A stretch of DNA of 48,438 nucleotides. Source: an uncultured bacterium. GTDB taxonomy: Bacteria; Patescibacteriota; Minisyncoccia; Phycocordibacterales; PALSA-1337. The notes below the pieces were generated by a model that was not told the origin of the DNA, did not search any database, and saw nothing but the letters and a program-made list of their open reading frames with translations. The stretch spans positions 1-48,438 of the forward strand of contig CAIPHR010000073.1 in NCBI GenBank assembly GCA_903864905.1, given 5' to 3'. Made by a program: the position numbers and the translations under genes. Of this stretch, positions 20,792-29,343 are shown piece by piece. Position 1 is the first letter of the stretch, and every line of letters begins with the position of its first letter.

Positions 20792-22105
20792 ATGAAAACC
20801 AACCTAAAAGTAAACATCGCCAAAGATGAATATGGTCATGACCTCGTGATCGACATTGGTGTGCTTAAAAATTTATTTATTGCCGGGATGTCTGGATCAG
20901 GCAAGTCTACGATATTGCACAACATAATAAGCACGCTGATCGCCAATAATAACCCAAATGAATTAAAATTGATATTGATAGATCCTAAGCGTATAGAACT
21001 CAGTGTTTATACTAGTGTCCCTCATCTCCTCACACCTACGATCATTGACCCCAAGAAGGCAGTACTGGTACTGAAGTGGTCTGCTAAGGAGATAGGACGA
21101 AGGCTTGATACATTGAAGAACAATAACTGCAAAGATATCAATGCATATCATAGAGATGTACTAGGCCATGCTATCGAAAAGTTTAATAAACGTGTAAAGT
21201 CTGACGAAGAAGATCATTTTAGTACATCAACATTGCCAGAGACAATGCCCAATATGGTCATCGTTATAGACGACCTTTCAAACTTGCTGCAAACATATCC
21301 AAAGGAAACGATATCTACAATATTGCAAGTTATCGAACTCGGTCATTCTGTGGGAGTATATTTCATCTTTACATCGACAAGAGTTGGTCAGAAGATATTT
21401 GGCAAAGAATTGCAGAGTGCCATGGGTGCTCGCATCGCTCTGCAGATGTCTGCGACCGCAGACTCGAGGCTTGTTATGGGAACCACTGATGCCTGTCAAC
21501 TACATGACCCTGGAGATATGTTATTCCGTGATGGTAAAAAATATATTGTTCGCGGGCAGGTCAATATGTTCACATACGAGGAGGCGCAATCCATAGCGAA
21601 AACAGTATACGATCAATATAAGGATGAAATTACTGATAGTATCAATTTTGGATCACCAACAGCTGGCGCATCTGCCGTATTCGACGCTTTGAATAGGGAG
21701 TCTTTGGAGGATAATGATGATATGTATGAACCTGCTAAGGAGTTTGTGGTTTCGCGAGGAAAGGCATCCACGTCATTCATTCAACGCGGACTCGGTATAG
21801 GCTATTCTAGGGCGGCTAAATTAATGGATCTTCTGGAAGATAGGGGAGTTATCGGTCCTGCAAATGGAAGTGAACCGAGGAAGGTAATGGGTCAGGATAC
21901 TGCAGATCAAGATGATAATGAAATATATGAGAAAGTTCGAAAGCTAGTAATTTCTTCAGGTCAGGTCTCATCCTCATTTATTCACGACAAAATTGGTATA
22001 GGGTATTCTCGGGCAGTACTAATGATGGCAAAGCTCGAACGAGAGGGGGTTATTGGACCAGCGAGCTCTAATAAACCGAGGAAGGTTCTGGTGGCAAAAG
22101 AGTAA
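20792..22105 (+). CDS. Truncated FtsK/SpoIIIE-like ATPase with two gamma domains
   Basis: AGMSGSGKS, LILIDPKRIELSVY..VPHLL; two IGYSRA...LE..GVIGPA....PRKV winged-helix repeats. Confidence 0.88.
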   Translation: MKTNLKVNIAKDEYGHDLVIDIGVLKNLFIAGMSGSGKSTILHNIISTLIANNNPNELKLILIDPKRIELSVYTSVPHLLTPTIIDPKKAVLVLKWSAKEIGRRLDTLKNNNCKDINAYHRDVLGHAIEKFNKRVKSDEEDHFSTSTLPETMPNMVIVIDDLSNLLQTYPKETISTILQVIELGHSVGVYFIFTSTRVGQKIFGKELQSAMGARIALQMSATADSRLVMGTTDACQLHDPGDMLFRDGKKYIVRGQVNMFTYEEAQSIAKTVYDQYKDEITDSINFGSPTAGASAVFDALNRESLEDNDDMYEPAKEFVVSRGKASTSFIQRGLGIGYSRAAKLMDLLEDRGVIGPANGSEPRKVMGQDTADQDDNEIYEKVRKLVISSGQVSSSFIHDKIGIGYSRAVLMMAKLEREGVIGPASSNKPRKVLVAKE

Positions 22106-22121
22106 TCATGCGCAAACTAAT

Positions 22122-22319
22122 ATGAATAAGCCAACTAAGTGTCCTAATTGCAAATCGAACAAAATCAAACCTATTGTTTACGGTCTAATGCGCAAGCGTT
22201 CATTTTGGGAGTATTTATTTCCGAAGACATATATTGCTGGCGGATGTTGTGTAGACGAAGATAGTCCGACTTGGTTCTGTGCAAGATGTAAAAATACGTG
22301 GGGAGTTGATGCGAGATAA
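22122..22319 (+). CDS. Small zinc-ribbon protein
   Basis: MNKPTKCPNCKS..IKPIVYG...GGCC......W.C..C; ATG 22122 preferred over the upstream start in the track. Confidence 0.7.
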   Translation: MNKPTKCPNCKSNKIKPIVYGLMRKRSFWEYLFPKTYIAGGCCVDEDSPTWFCARCKNTWGVDAR

Positions 22320-22341
22320 TGTACTTTAGAATCCCGGTACT

Positions 22342-22452
22342 TATGGAACCGCTGTTCTGTCGATTGTATTCAAGCTAAATGAGACATTTCTCACTCGCCC
22401 GTCCAAACTTGTTGCGGGGGCCGGAATCGCACCGACAATTTTCAGGTTATGA
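22342..22452 (+). pseudogene. Remnant 3' end of a large serine recombinase-like gene reading into the tRNA antisense strand
   Basis: YGTAVLSIVFKLNETFLTRPSKLVAGAGIAPTIFRL*. Confidence 0.5.
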
Positions 22453-22483
22453 GCCTGACGGGTTACTGTTACCCTACCCCGCG
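22412..22483 (-). tRNA. tRNA-fMet (CAT), initiator
   Basis: CGCGGGG...CCCCGCA acceptor with C1:A72 mismatch; TCAGG-CTCATAA-CCTGA anticodon arm. Confidence 0.88.
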
Positions 22484-22577
22484 ATTTCTCGCTAATGGGT
22501 CTATTCTGACACATCTCATGGGGGAATACAAGTATTTGAAAATATAGTCGAACCATGCTATAGTCTGACTTGTATAC

Positions 22578-23288
22578 ATGTCTAGGTTCGAATTAAAACC
22601 AAGGGCGCACGCATTACGTAAATCAGGGAAGAGTATTCTTGAGATTTCTCGTCTCGTTGGAATATCAAAAAGTACGTCTTCACTATGGTGTCGTGATGTT
22701 GAGTTGACACCATTACAAAGGAATAATTTGAGAGAAAAAATGATACGTGATGGACACGCAGGGCGATTGAAGGGTGCTCAGGTGAATAGGGAAAAGAGAG
22801 TCTCGGCACTAGAAGGGGCAGCGGTATGGGCTAAAAGTATTATGGGCTCTATGTCGAAAAGAGACCGATTGGTGATGGGGGTAGCCCTATACTGGGCTGA
22901 GGGTAGTAAGGCTATGACAACAACAGGTTTTGTCTTTGTAAATTCAGATCCTTCAATGATCAGGTCTATGTATGAGTGGATGGTCAATGCCATAGGTGTT
23001 CCAAAAGAAGACATATCTGTGCAGATTTTCATCAATGAGATTCACCGATACAGGATTAATGACGTTTTGAAATTTTGGTCGTCTCTGCTAGACTTATCGC
23101 CAGATAGTTTCGCGAAGACTTCATTTGCCAAATCAGTGCAAAAAAAGGTATATGACAATCACGACAAACACTGCGGTATGTTGAGATTGACTGTTAGACG
23201 AAGTACCTTGCTAAAATATCGAGTATTGAAAATGATCGAGATAATAAAAGCCGGCGTAGCTCAGGTGGTTAGAGCGAACGCTTCATAA
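22578..23288 (+). CDS. HTH plus LAGLIDADG-like protein
   Basis: N-terminal GKSILEISRLVGISKST HTH; GVALYWAEGSK...FVNSDPSMI LAGLIDADG-like helix. Confidence 0.65.
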   Translation: MSRFELKPRAHALRKSGKSILEISRLVGISKSTSSLWCRDVELTPLQRNNLREKMIRDGHAGRLKGAQVNREKRVSALEGAAVWAKSIMGSMSKRDRLVMGVALYWAEGSKAMTTTGFVFVNSDPSMIRSMYEWMVNAIGVPKEDISVQIFINEIHRYRINDVLKFWSSLLDLSPDSFAKTSFAKSVQKKVYDNHDKHCGMLRLTVRRSTLLKYRVLKMIEIIKAGVAQVVRANAS

Positions 23289-23323
23289 GCGTTAGGTCCC
23301 TGGTTCGAGTCCAGGCGTCGGCA
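23250..23323 (+). tRNA. tRNA-CAT (elongator Met or Ile2)
   Basis: Cloverleaf GCCGGCG/CGTCGGC, AACGC-TTCATAA-GCGTT, GGTTCGAGTCC. Confidence 0.92.
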
Positions 23324-23507
23324 CAGATAGGTCTCTAGTTAGGTAGGAATAGTTAGATATCCACGGTAAATGGTGATATACAGCTTGGCATATAGGGTTC
23401 TGCTCTATGAAATTATCCGATTTCATGTATAATCATCCTTATCTGGTATTTGGCAAGGATCTATTCCCAGAAGGGGAGAAAATGATCTTTGATAGGTATC
23501 TGAAAAT

Positions 23508-23581
23508 GCGCCCGTAGTTTAGCTGGCTAGAACGCTCCCCTGTCACGGGAGAGGTCGTGGGTTCGAGTCCCATCGGGCGCG
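23508..23581 (+). tRNA. tRNA-Asp (GTC)
   Basis: GCGCCCG/CGGGCGC-G73; CTCCC-CTGTCAC-GGGAG; GGTTCGAGTCC. Confidence 0.95.
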
Positions 23582-23632
23582 CACAAGAAAATGAGCATCT
23601 AGCTCATTTTTTGCGCCCGCGAAGAGCGAAGC
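23578..23632 (+). repeat. ~55-bp direct repeat, copy 1 (tRNA-Asp 3' end plus hairpin)
   Basis: CGCGCACAAGAAAATGAGCATCTAGCTCATTTTTTGCGCCCGCGAAGAGCGAAGC; one mismatch to 28761-28815. Confidence 0.9.
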
Positions 23633-23702
23633 TCTGAGAGGGACTCGAAAAGGCTGAATATATCGCACGGAACTCGAGCGAAGCGGAGCTTATCGAGGCT
23701 GA

Positions 23703-23849
23703 GTCGAGAAGTATGATAAACAAAAAGTATTGGATTTAATCAAGGCATCTTCTACGTTCAAGGCAGAAGACAAGTTTAGTCAGTCGTTCAAGGAATCGTT
23801 CGGTTTTGAGCCAACATACGGGGAGTTCAATAAACTTTTATTAGGATGA
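23703..23849 (+). pseudogene. C-terminal fragment of a paralogue of the 35545-36189 peptidase
   Basis: VEKYDKQKVLDLIK...SFGFEPTYGEFNKLL* aligns with VKEFGKQKLLDLIK...IYGIEPTYEKFNEFL. Confidence 0.75.
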
Positions 23850-23947
23850 TGTTGCTCGGGCAAATGTCGCGAAGTCAGAAGTGGTTAAACAGAGTACTGA
23901 GGGTATGATAAAACAATAGGGTACTATACCGCGGGGTAACTAAAAAT

Positions 23948-24088
23948 TGGTATTCTCATTCCTAATCCACCCATATTATTCCTCACCTCAGTTCCAACGT
24001 CCTCCACTAGTCCGCGCATAAGTTTGGAGTTAATAGAGGTAAGCTGTAGGAAGTTTACGTTAGTAGTGCACTCGAACTGTGGTATAAT
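23948..24088. repeat. Intergenic att-like/promoter repeat, copy A
   Basis: 58-bp block 24022-24079 identical to 25271-25328; homologous left flank; ends in TGGTATAAT. Confidence 0.9.
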
Positions 24089-24095
24089 TTCGGGT

Positions 24096-24740
24096 ATGAA
24101 AAACTATCAAAAGGGGTTTGTGGTGCAATTATTAGTTATTGTTGCAATAGTAATCATTGGGGGAGGTGTGTATTATTTTGCTAAAAACGCATCGGTTGTA
24201 CAAAAGAGTGAAAATTCACCGACGAATAAACAAAACGTAGATCCGATTTCAGTAGGCAAAAAAGTGAATACAAGTGGTTGGAAAACATATACAAATAAGG
24301 CCTTTAAGTTATCCTTACAATATCCGACCTATATGACCGTAGAGGAGCTAGAAGGCGATACTGACTTTATTTTTGTAGCGATACAAGGACCGAAAACAAG
24401 TTCAGGTCAACCGGACGACAAACATTTTCCCTTTATCAATATGTCTGTAGCGAATAGTCCGCAGAAATGTGGGGCTAATACTTCGGGGGGTATATATGGT
24501 GGTGTTTCTGGAGCTTCTCTTAAAGAGAAAAAAATGGGTGACCATGTTTTTTCTTTCACTAAGAACTTACAGACAACTATATATGGGTCTAGTGATGAGT
24601 TAATTTATCTTCAGAAAATAGTACCTTGCGAGGCGATCACTGTGAATTTGTCTCCATCTCCATCGAGTGAGATTACTAGCATGGGATATAGTCAGATTGA
24701 GCTAGTAGATGCCATTATTTCCTCTATTAAGGATATATGA
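24096..24740 (+). CDS. Membrane-anchored protein with pilin-like N-terminus and PsbP-like WKTYTN domain
   Basis: MKNYQKGF followed by a hydrophobic helix; WKTYTN...LQYP; ATG 24096 lies 7 nt after TATAAT. Confidence 0.75.
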   Translation: MKNYQKGFVVQLLVIVAIVIIGGGVYYFAKNASVVQKSENSPTNKQNVDPISVGKKVNTSGWKTYTNKAFKLSLQYPTYMTVEELEGDTDFIFVAIQGPKTSSGQPDDKHFPFINMSVANSPQKCGANTSGGIYGGVSGASLKEKKMGDHVFSFTKNLQTTIYGSSDELIYLQKIVPCEAITVNLSPSPSSEITSMGYSQIELVDAIISSIKDI

Positions 24741-25111
24741 CTCATAAAGTAAATAAAATTATTCGCGGATTCGCTTGGTCGTGGCTTGTTTTTAGTATTC
24801 TTATTTCTCTGCCATTAGGAGTTTTTATAGTAAGCATAATCATGGTCAATTTTTCCGGTGCTAAAAGTTTTGGCTCAATTGGTGTTTGTTTGCTGGTCTT
24901 ACTAATTCTTTATGGAATTCCACTAATAATCCTGAAATCAATAAAGAAAGATTTACCGATTATTTCAGGCGTGGATGCTGCCGATCATACAGTAGTAGGG
25001 AAGGAGGCAGGATTGAGTAATAAATCTGTAGTGATTATTTTAGTTGTTATTTTCCTAGTAATACTTATTATTGGTCCCTTGCTTCTGCTTCTAATGATTG
25101 GTCTCGGCTGA
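24737..25111 (+). CDS. Hypothetical membrane protein
   Basis: Three TM segments; ATGA overlap with the upstream gene. Confidence 0.7.
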   Translation: MTHKVNKIIRGFAWSWLVFSILISLPLGVFIVSIIMVNFSGAKSFGSIGVCLLVLLILYGIPLIILKSIKKDLPIISGVDAADHTVVGKEAGLSNKSVVIILVVIFLVILIIGPLLLLLMIGLG

Positions 25112-25195
25112 TCACGTGAACAACAAATACTGTTGCTAAAATTCACCGCAACTTCATGAAAGATATAGTGTTTAAGATAGTGTGTAAACAAACAC

Positions 25196-25338
25196 TGGTA
25201 TTTCTATTCTTAAATCATCTATAATCCTTCTAACCCCAGTTCCAAACATCCTCCACTATTCCGCGCAGAGGTTTGGAGTTAATAGAGGTAAGCTGTAGGA
25301 AGTTTACGTTAGTAGTGCACTCGAACTGGTGGTATTAT
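25196..25338. repeat. Intergenic att-like/promoter repeat, copy B
   Basis: Homologous to copy A; ends in TGGTATTAT 6 nt before ATG 25345. Confidence 0.9.
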
Positions 25339-25344
25339 TAGAAC

Positions 25345-26400
25345 ATGAAAAAGATAATAATTATATCGGGTTTGTCCTTAATATTAATAGTAGTTTTGCT
25401 ATTTACGATTGGTTTTAATTTTGTCGGATCGACAACAGATACTGCGGCTGTTAGTAATATAAGAGAATCGATAAAAGGTTCTCGGAAGTCAGTATTTACC
25501 GAGTTAGTCAAAGATAAAGTATTTTTGGCGCCAAATGACGGGTCTCTGACCATACCAGTATTTGACCCATCAAGTGGAAAAGGTGATCCGACGCAGCAGC
25601 CAGTGGAAGCAGTTTTATTAGTCCCAGCGTGTAAAGCATTCTATCAGTATTATCCTGACAAATTTGATTTCTTGGTTGTTTTGACTACGATCGACTCAGG
25701 ATTTGACTCCAACTTTTCAGTGAGAAATTCCGTCAAGGGAATCGGACGGGCCATCGATGATGAATCGAATTACTGTGGTACGAAGAAATTATTGTCCATT
25801 GTTACTTTTGGGAGTCTAAATAATTATGCGCTTGGTGAATTAGGCGATTTATTACACGAGGTAAGTCATCAATGGTTGATGTACATTGTGGATACGAATT
25901 TGAAAATAGGTGATGGTACCGGCGCACATTGGAGCCAATTTATTGATACGGCAACCAGGAAAGATGGGTTTATTTATTTTAGTCCGAACCGTGGTAATCC
26001 ATTTATCGATAATGGTGACGGGACATTTTCACTTGATAATTTTACACCGATGCCACTGACGTCGTATCGGAAATTTAATTCAATGGAGTTATATCTCATG
26101 GGATTTATTCCCTCAACTAAGGTTACACCTCTTACGCTGTGGCAGACTGAGTCAACTCAACTCGCACAAACGATGATCGGTACAAAGAAAATGATAACCG
26201 TGCAAGATATTATCAACATTGCGGGACCTAGAATCCCAGCGTACCCAAAGACTCAACGGGATTTCAAAATTGCATATATCATAATACCGAAGAAAGGTGA
26301 GGTCACGAGTTCTTTGACCATTGAGAAGGTTAAGCAAATCAACGCAAAGTTTCCGAAGGAATGGAGCTTTGCGACCAATGGTTTATCTATAATTAAATAA
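25345..26400 (+). CDS. Secreted/anchored zinc metallopeptidase-like protein
   Basis: Signal anchor; LLHEVSHQW (HEXXH), AHWS, ELYLMG. Confidence 0.75.
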   Translation: MKKIIIISGLSLILIVVLLFTIGFNFVGSTTDTAAVSNIRESIKGSRKSVFTELVKDKVFLAPNDGSLTIPVFDPSSGKGDPTQQPVEAVLLVPACKAFYQYYPDKFDFLVVLTTIDSGFDSNFSVRNSVKGIGRAIDDESNYCGTKKLLSIVTFGSLNNYALGELGDLLHEVSHQWLMYIVDTNLKIGDGTGAHWSQFIDTATRKDGFIYFSPNRGNPFIDNGDGTFSLDNFTPMPLTSYRKFNSMELYLMGFIPSTKVTPLTLWQTESTQLAQTMIGTKKMITVQDIINIAGPRIPAYPKTQRDFKIAYIIIPKKGEVTSSLTIEKVKQINAKFPKEWSFATNGLSIIK

Positions 26401-26401
26401 T

Positions 26402-27631
26402 ATGAAAATATTATTATATTTTGGAGTAATAATTGTAAGTGCAATCTTGTATTTCAATATGTCGTCGATTGTTCTTTATCTGGTAGCCGTGGCACTCACT
26501 TTATTGGTCTTTTATTTCAATTTAGGGCCTGTCCAGAAATTCAAACATGCAAAAATGGGTGAGAAGATATTGACGAGCTTGAGGTTATTGATTGTGATCA
26601 TTGTGGTGTTAGTTTGTTATTATATAGCTCATGGATATCAGAATTTATGTACTGTCGGTCCAAATATACAAGCTAAGAATTATTTTACTGGAGAGGTAAA
26701 ACAATTTTATTGTGGTATCACTCCTTGGTATTATCAAAAACTACCTGGGCAGGACAAACAGATCTTTCCAGTAGTGCAGAGAGATAATAAATCTGCATCA
26801 TCGTCTGTTATTACGAGTGGCTCAGAAACTCTCTGGAAAACGTACACGAATGATGATATCGGTTACTCATTTAAGTACCCTGAACGCTACACGTTACATG
26901 ATTCTGGTACAAAATATATCGATCAGGGTGCAGGAAGTGTAGTCGTGGCGCAGATAACAGAAGGACAGTATCTACCAAAAGATTGTGGGCCGTGCTTTGG
27001 TATTTCTGTAATAAAGCGACCTTATGATGTTACGGGAAAAGTCTTTTCAAATGCAGAGGCTTTTGCTAGGTATTCTTATGGTAAGAATATTCGTTTGTAT
27101 GATTCACTTACTTATAGAGATGTGAGACTAGGCGAATATTTGGGAGTAAAGGTGTCGGGGAACATCAATAGTGAAATAGGTGGGTGGACATCCTTCAGTA
27201 GTATATATGTGATAAGAGATAATATTATATTTCAAATGAATTTTCAGCCATCTGGGTATAAGTATTTTGAGGATATGGCTTTGTCATTTAGGCTTATACC
27301 CCAAAAAGTATTTATAGATTCTATTATCCCGTCAGGTGCGTCATGGGGTCAGACTATAAAAATAACAGGCAAAGGCTTTTCCGGTCACGACACACTTGTA
27401 AGAATAATTGGTAACAATGTTAACGCTATATTGTGGGGAGGCCTACCGCTATCTGACACCGAGATTCAAGCGGTTATACCTAAATCGATGGACGTATGTA
27501 CCGAATATATGGGAGGATCTGGAAAACCTTGTCCAAGCTATCAGAAATTACTTTGGGGCACGTATGAAATATACATTGATGGTCAAAATGGAAGGAGTAA
27601 TTCTATGAAATTTGATATTTTTAGAAGTTAG
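26402..27631 (+). CDS. Membrane protein with PsbP-like and IPT/TIG-like domains
   Basis: N-terminal TMs; WKTYTN..IGYSFKYP; IDSIIPSGA..GQTIKITGKGF...GRSNS. Confidence 0.75.
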   Translation: MKILLYFGVIIVSAILYFNMSSIVLYLVAVALTLLVFYFNLGPVQKFKHAKMGEKILTSLRLLIVIIVVLVCYYIAHGYQNLCTVGPNIQAKNYFTGEVKQFYCGITPWYYQKLPGQDKQIFPVVQRDNKSASSSVITSGSETLWKTYTNDDIGYSFKYPERYTLHDSGTKYIDQGAGSVVVAQITEGQYLPKDCGPCFGISVIKRPYDVTGKVFSNAEAFARYSYGKNIRLYDSLTYRDVRLGEYLGVKVSGNINSEIGGWTSFSSIYVIRDNIIFQMNFQPSGYKYFEDMALSFRLIPQKVFIDSIIPSGASWGQTIKITGKGFSGHDTLVRIIGNNVNAILWGGLPLSDTEIQAVIPKSMDVCTEYMGGSGKPCPSYQKLLWGTYEIYIDGQNGRSNSMKFDIFRS

Positions 27632-28068
27632 AATAATTTGTTTAGCTCTAAGGTATGAGAGCTCCACTCTCAACAGGAATAGTGCTCATGGCAGGCATTT
27701 GTATCATATAAGTCGACAGATAAAGGTAATGAATTTCATGGAAAGTATACCTAGAATCCTCTGGAAAGGTGAGTTTACCAAGAGGTTTTGGCGTTTTCTG
27801 GAGCTTTGTGCTGAAACAGGAATGACAAAGGAGATTATATCTGCCAAACAGCTTCTTATGGAGATCGGAAGTAAGCCCAGTGAATTACAACGAGTCCAAA
27901 TGATTTTAGAAAAAGCCTGATTCCGTGCGTCGGGAGGAGTCGTTATAGATTTTTTATGAAGATATGGACGGCGTGGGCGGTGCTTCTTGGGTGATTGTAT
28001 TTTACTGTGGGAGTTTAAGTGCTATGATGGGATTATCTCATTGGAATATCTGGTGGGATTTTTTATAA

Positions 28069-28449
28069 ATGCTAAATTTTCAACCCAAAACTGGGTCAGT
28101 GGTATATTGTGATTACAAGGGATTTGTTGCTCCTGAGATGGTGAAAAAGAGACCTGTCATTGTAGTTTCAAAACACAAACATAATTCGAAACTCCTCACA
28201 GTAGTTCCGATAAGTACTACTGAGCCGACAACAATTCTTGAATATCACATAGAAATGGATTCGAAATTTTGTTTGCTTCATTTGTCTGGCAAGAAATCGT
28301 GGGTCAAATGTGACATGATAAATGTCGTCTCTTTGGATAGGTTAAATCTGGTTCGTGATAAGAATTCTGGATTACGGCATGCCCCGAATGTGGGACATAT
28401 TTTCTTGATCAGAATCAAGGAAGCAATCAGGAAGGTGCATGGCTTATAA
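28069..28449 (+). CDS. PemK/MazF-family toxin (orphan)
   Basis: G.VVYCDY.G...PEMVKKRPVIVVS...LLTVVPIST...SWVKCDMI..VSLDRL. Confidence 0.9.
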   Translation: MLNFQPKTGSVVYCDYKGFVAPEMVKKRPVIVVSKHKHNSKLLTVVPISTTEPTTILEYHIEMDSKFCLLHLSGKKSWVKCDMINVVSLDRLNLVRDKNSGLRHAPNVGHIFLIRIKEAIRKVHGL

Positions 28450-28560
28450 AGCAGAAAACCGCTGTTTATGCGGTTTTCTCTCTAGGATACGGCCGGCTTG
28501 CTTTGGCCTTCACCGTATCCTGCCTAGTTTCCTAGGTCTTAAAAGCCCCATTTAGGGAAC
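28450..28560 (-). ncRNA. Candidate structured small RNA convergent with the PemK/MazF gene
   Basis: Minus-strand TAGATA-17nt-TATGAT promoter (28595-28567); consecutive hairpins including CCTAG-GAAA-CTAGG, a 9-bp stem and a 10-bp terminator stem. Confidence 0.5.
28453..28479. terminator. Bidirectional terminator
   Basis: AGAAAACCGC-TGTTTAT-GCGGTTTTCT perfect 10-bp stem. Confidence 0.8.
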
Positions 28561-28760
28561 ATTTGTATCATATCGCATGTAAAAGATAATATCTAGTATA
28601 GGGGGTGTGCATAAAGAAAAGATCTATTAGGGCAAATTAAATAGTGGGCAGTTCTTTTAGGTGATTGTTTTTACATCAGTTTTCATATACGATTTCAAAT
28701 CAGGGATGTGAATGTACCCCTTTTGGTTTTTCAAAGCAGTTCTTACTTTTATCACTGTTT

Positions 28761-28815
28761 CGCGCACAAAAAAATGAGCATCTAGCTCATTTTTTGCGCC
28801 CGCGAAGAGCGAAGC
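28761..28815 (+). repeat. ~55-bp direct repeat, copy 2
   Basis: Matches 23578-23632; followed at 28830-28841 by TCGGGCGCGCAC, identical to the tRNA-Asp 3' end. Confidence 0.9.
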
Positions 28816-28916
28816 GGAGCGTAGGAGGGTCGGGCGCGCACGCAAAATTTTTAGCCTCAATTTACAAGGCTTCTTTTTTCTGACCTACTGGACGTAAAAA
28901 CTGCTATAATATAGAT

Positions 28917-29321
28917 ATGAACACATACAACCTGTATTCACAATTAATTAAACCTACTTGGGCTCCGCCTAGCTGGCTATTTGGGCCAGTATGGACAGTG
29001 CTTTATGCAATAATTGCATTTTCGTTTGGGACTGTGTTTTATAAAGCATTTACGAAACAGATTCCGTGGATAGTGGCATTACCATTCGTACTTAATCTAC
29101 TTTTTAACTTTGCTTTCCCACCAATACAATTCCGTTTGGTGAATAATTTTCTTGCATCAATAGACATTTTACTCGTTGTTGGGACGCTCGTCTGGGCACT
29201 CTACGCAGTTTGGCACAATGTACCTGAGCTACACTGGGTCGTTTATGTTAACATTCCATATCTTATCTGGGGTATATTTGCTACAACAGTACAATTAGCC
29301 ATAACTTATTTAAATAAATAA
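28917..29321 (+). CDS. tspO: TspO/MBR family protein
   Basis: Y..LIKPTWAPPSWLFGPVWTVLY...LNLLF...PYLIWGIFA. Confidence 0.92.
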   Translation: MNTYNLYSQLIKPTWAPPSWLFGPVWTVLYAIIAFSFGTVFYKAFTKQIPWIVALPFVLNLLFNFAFPPIQFRLVNNFLASIDILLVVGTLVWALYAVWHNVPELHWVVYVNIPYLIWGIFATTVQLAITYLNK

Positions 29322-29343
29322 TATAATACCAACATATACAAAT

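Larger units (their letters stand above)
12991..22417. mobile_element. Integrase-deleted defence island at the tRNA-fMet 3' end
   Basis: 8-bp direct repeat TGTTGCGG at 12991-12998 and 22410-22417 (tRNA 3' end); recombinase-tail-like remnants at both ends; R-M cargo. Confidence 0.65.

Noticed and set aside
23948..25338. Repeats considered as a CRISPR array or classical attC sites
   Set aside because: Spaced by more than 1 kb of genes, no cas genes, no RYYYAAC/GTTRRRY palindromic attC structure, no IntI
27612..27920. 102-aa ORF upstream of mazF as a possible antitoxin
   Set aside because: No AbrB/RHH/HTH features, ends ~150 nt before the toxin, and the toxin has its own promoter-like TGCTATGAT; probably spurious or a remnant
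28657..28860. 67-aa minus-strand ORF
   Set aside because: Composed of the tRNA-flank repeat plus a recombinase-like tail; treated as a junction, not a gene
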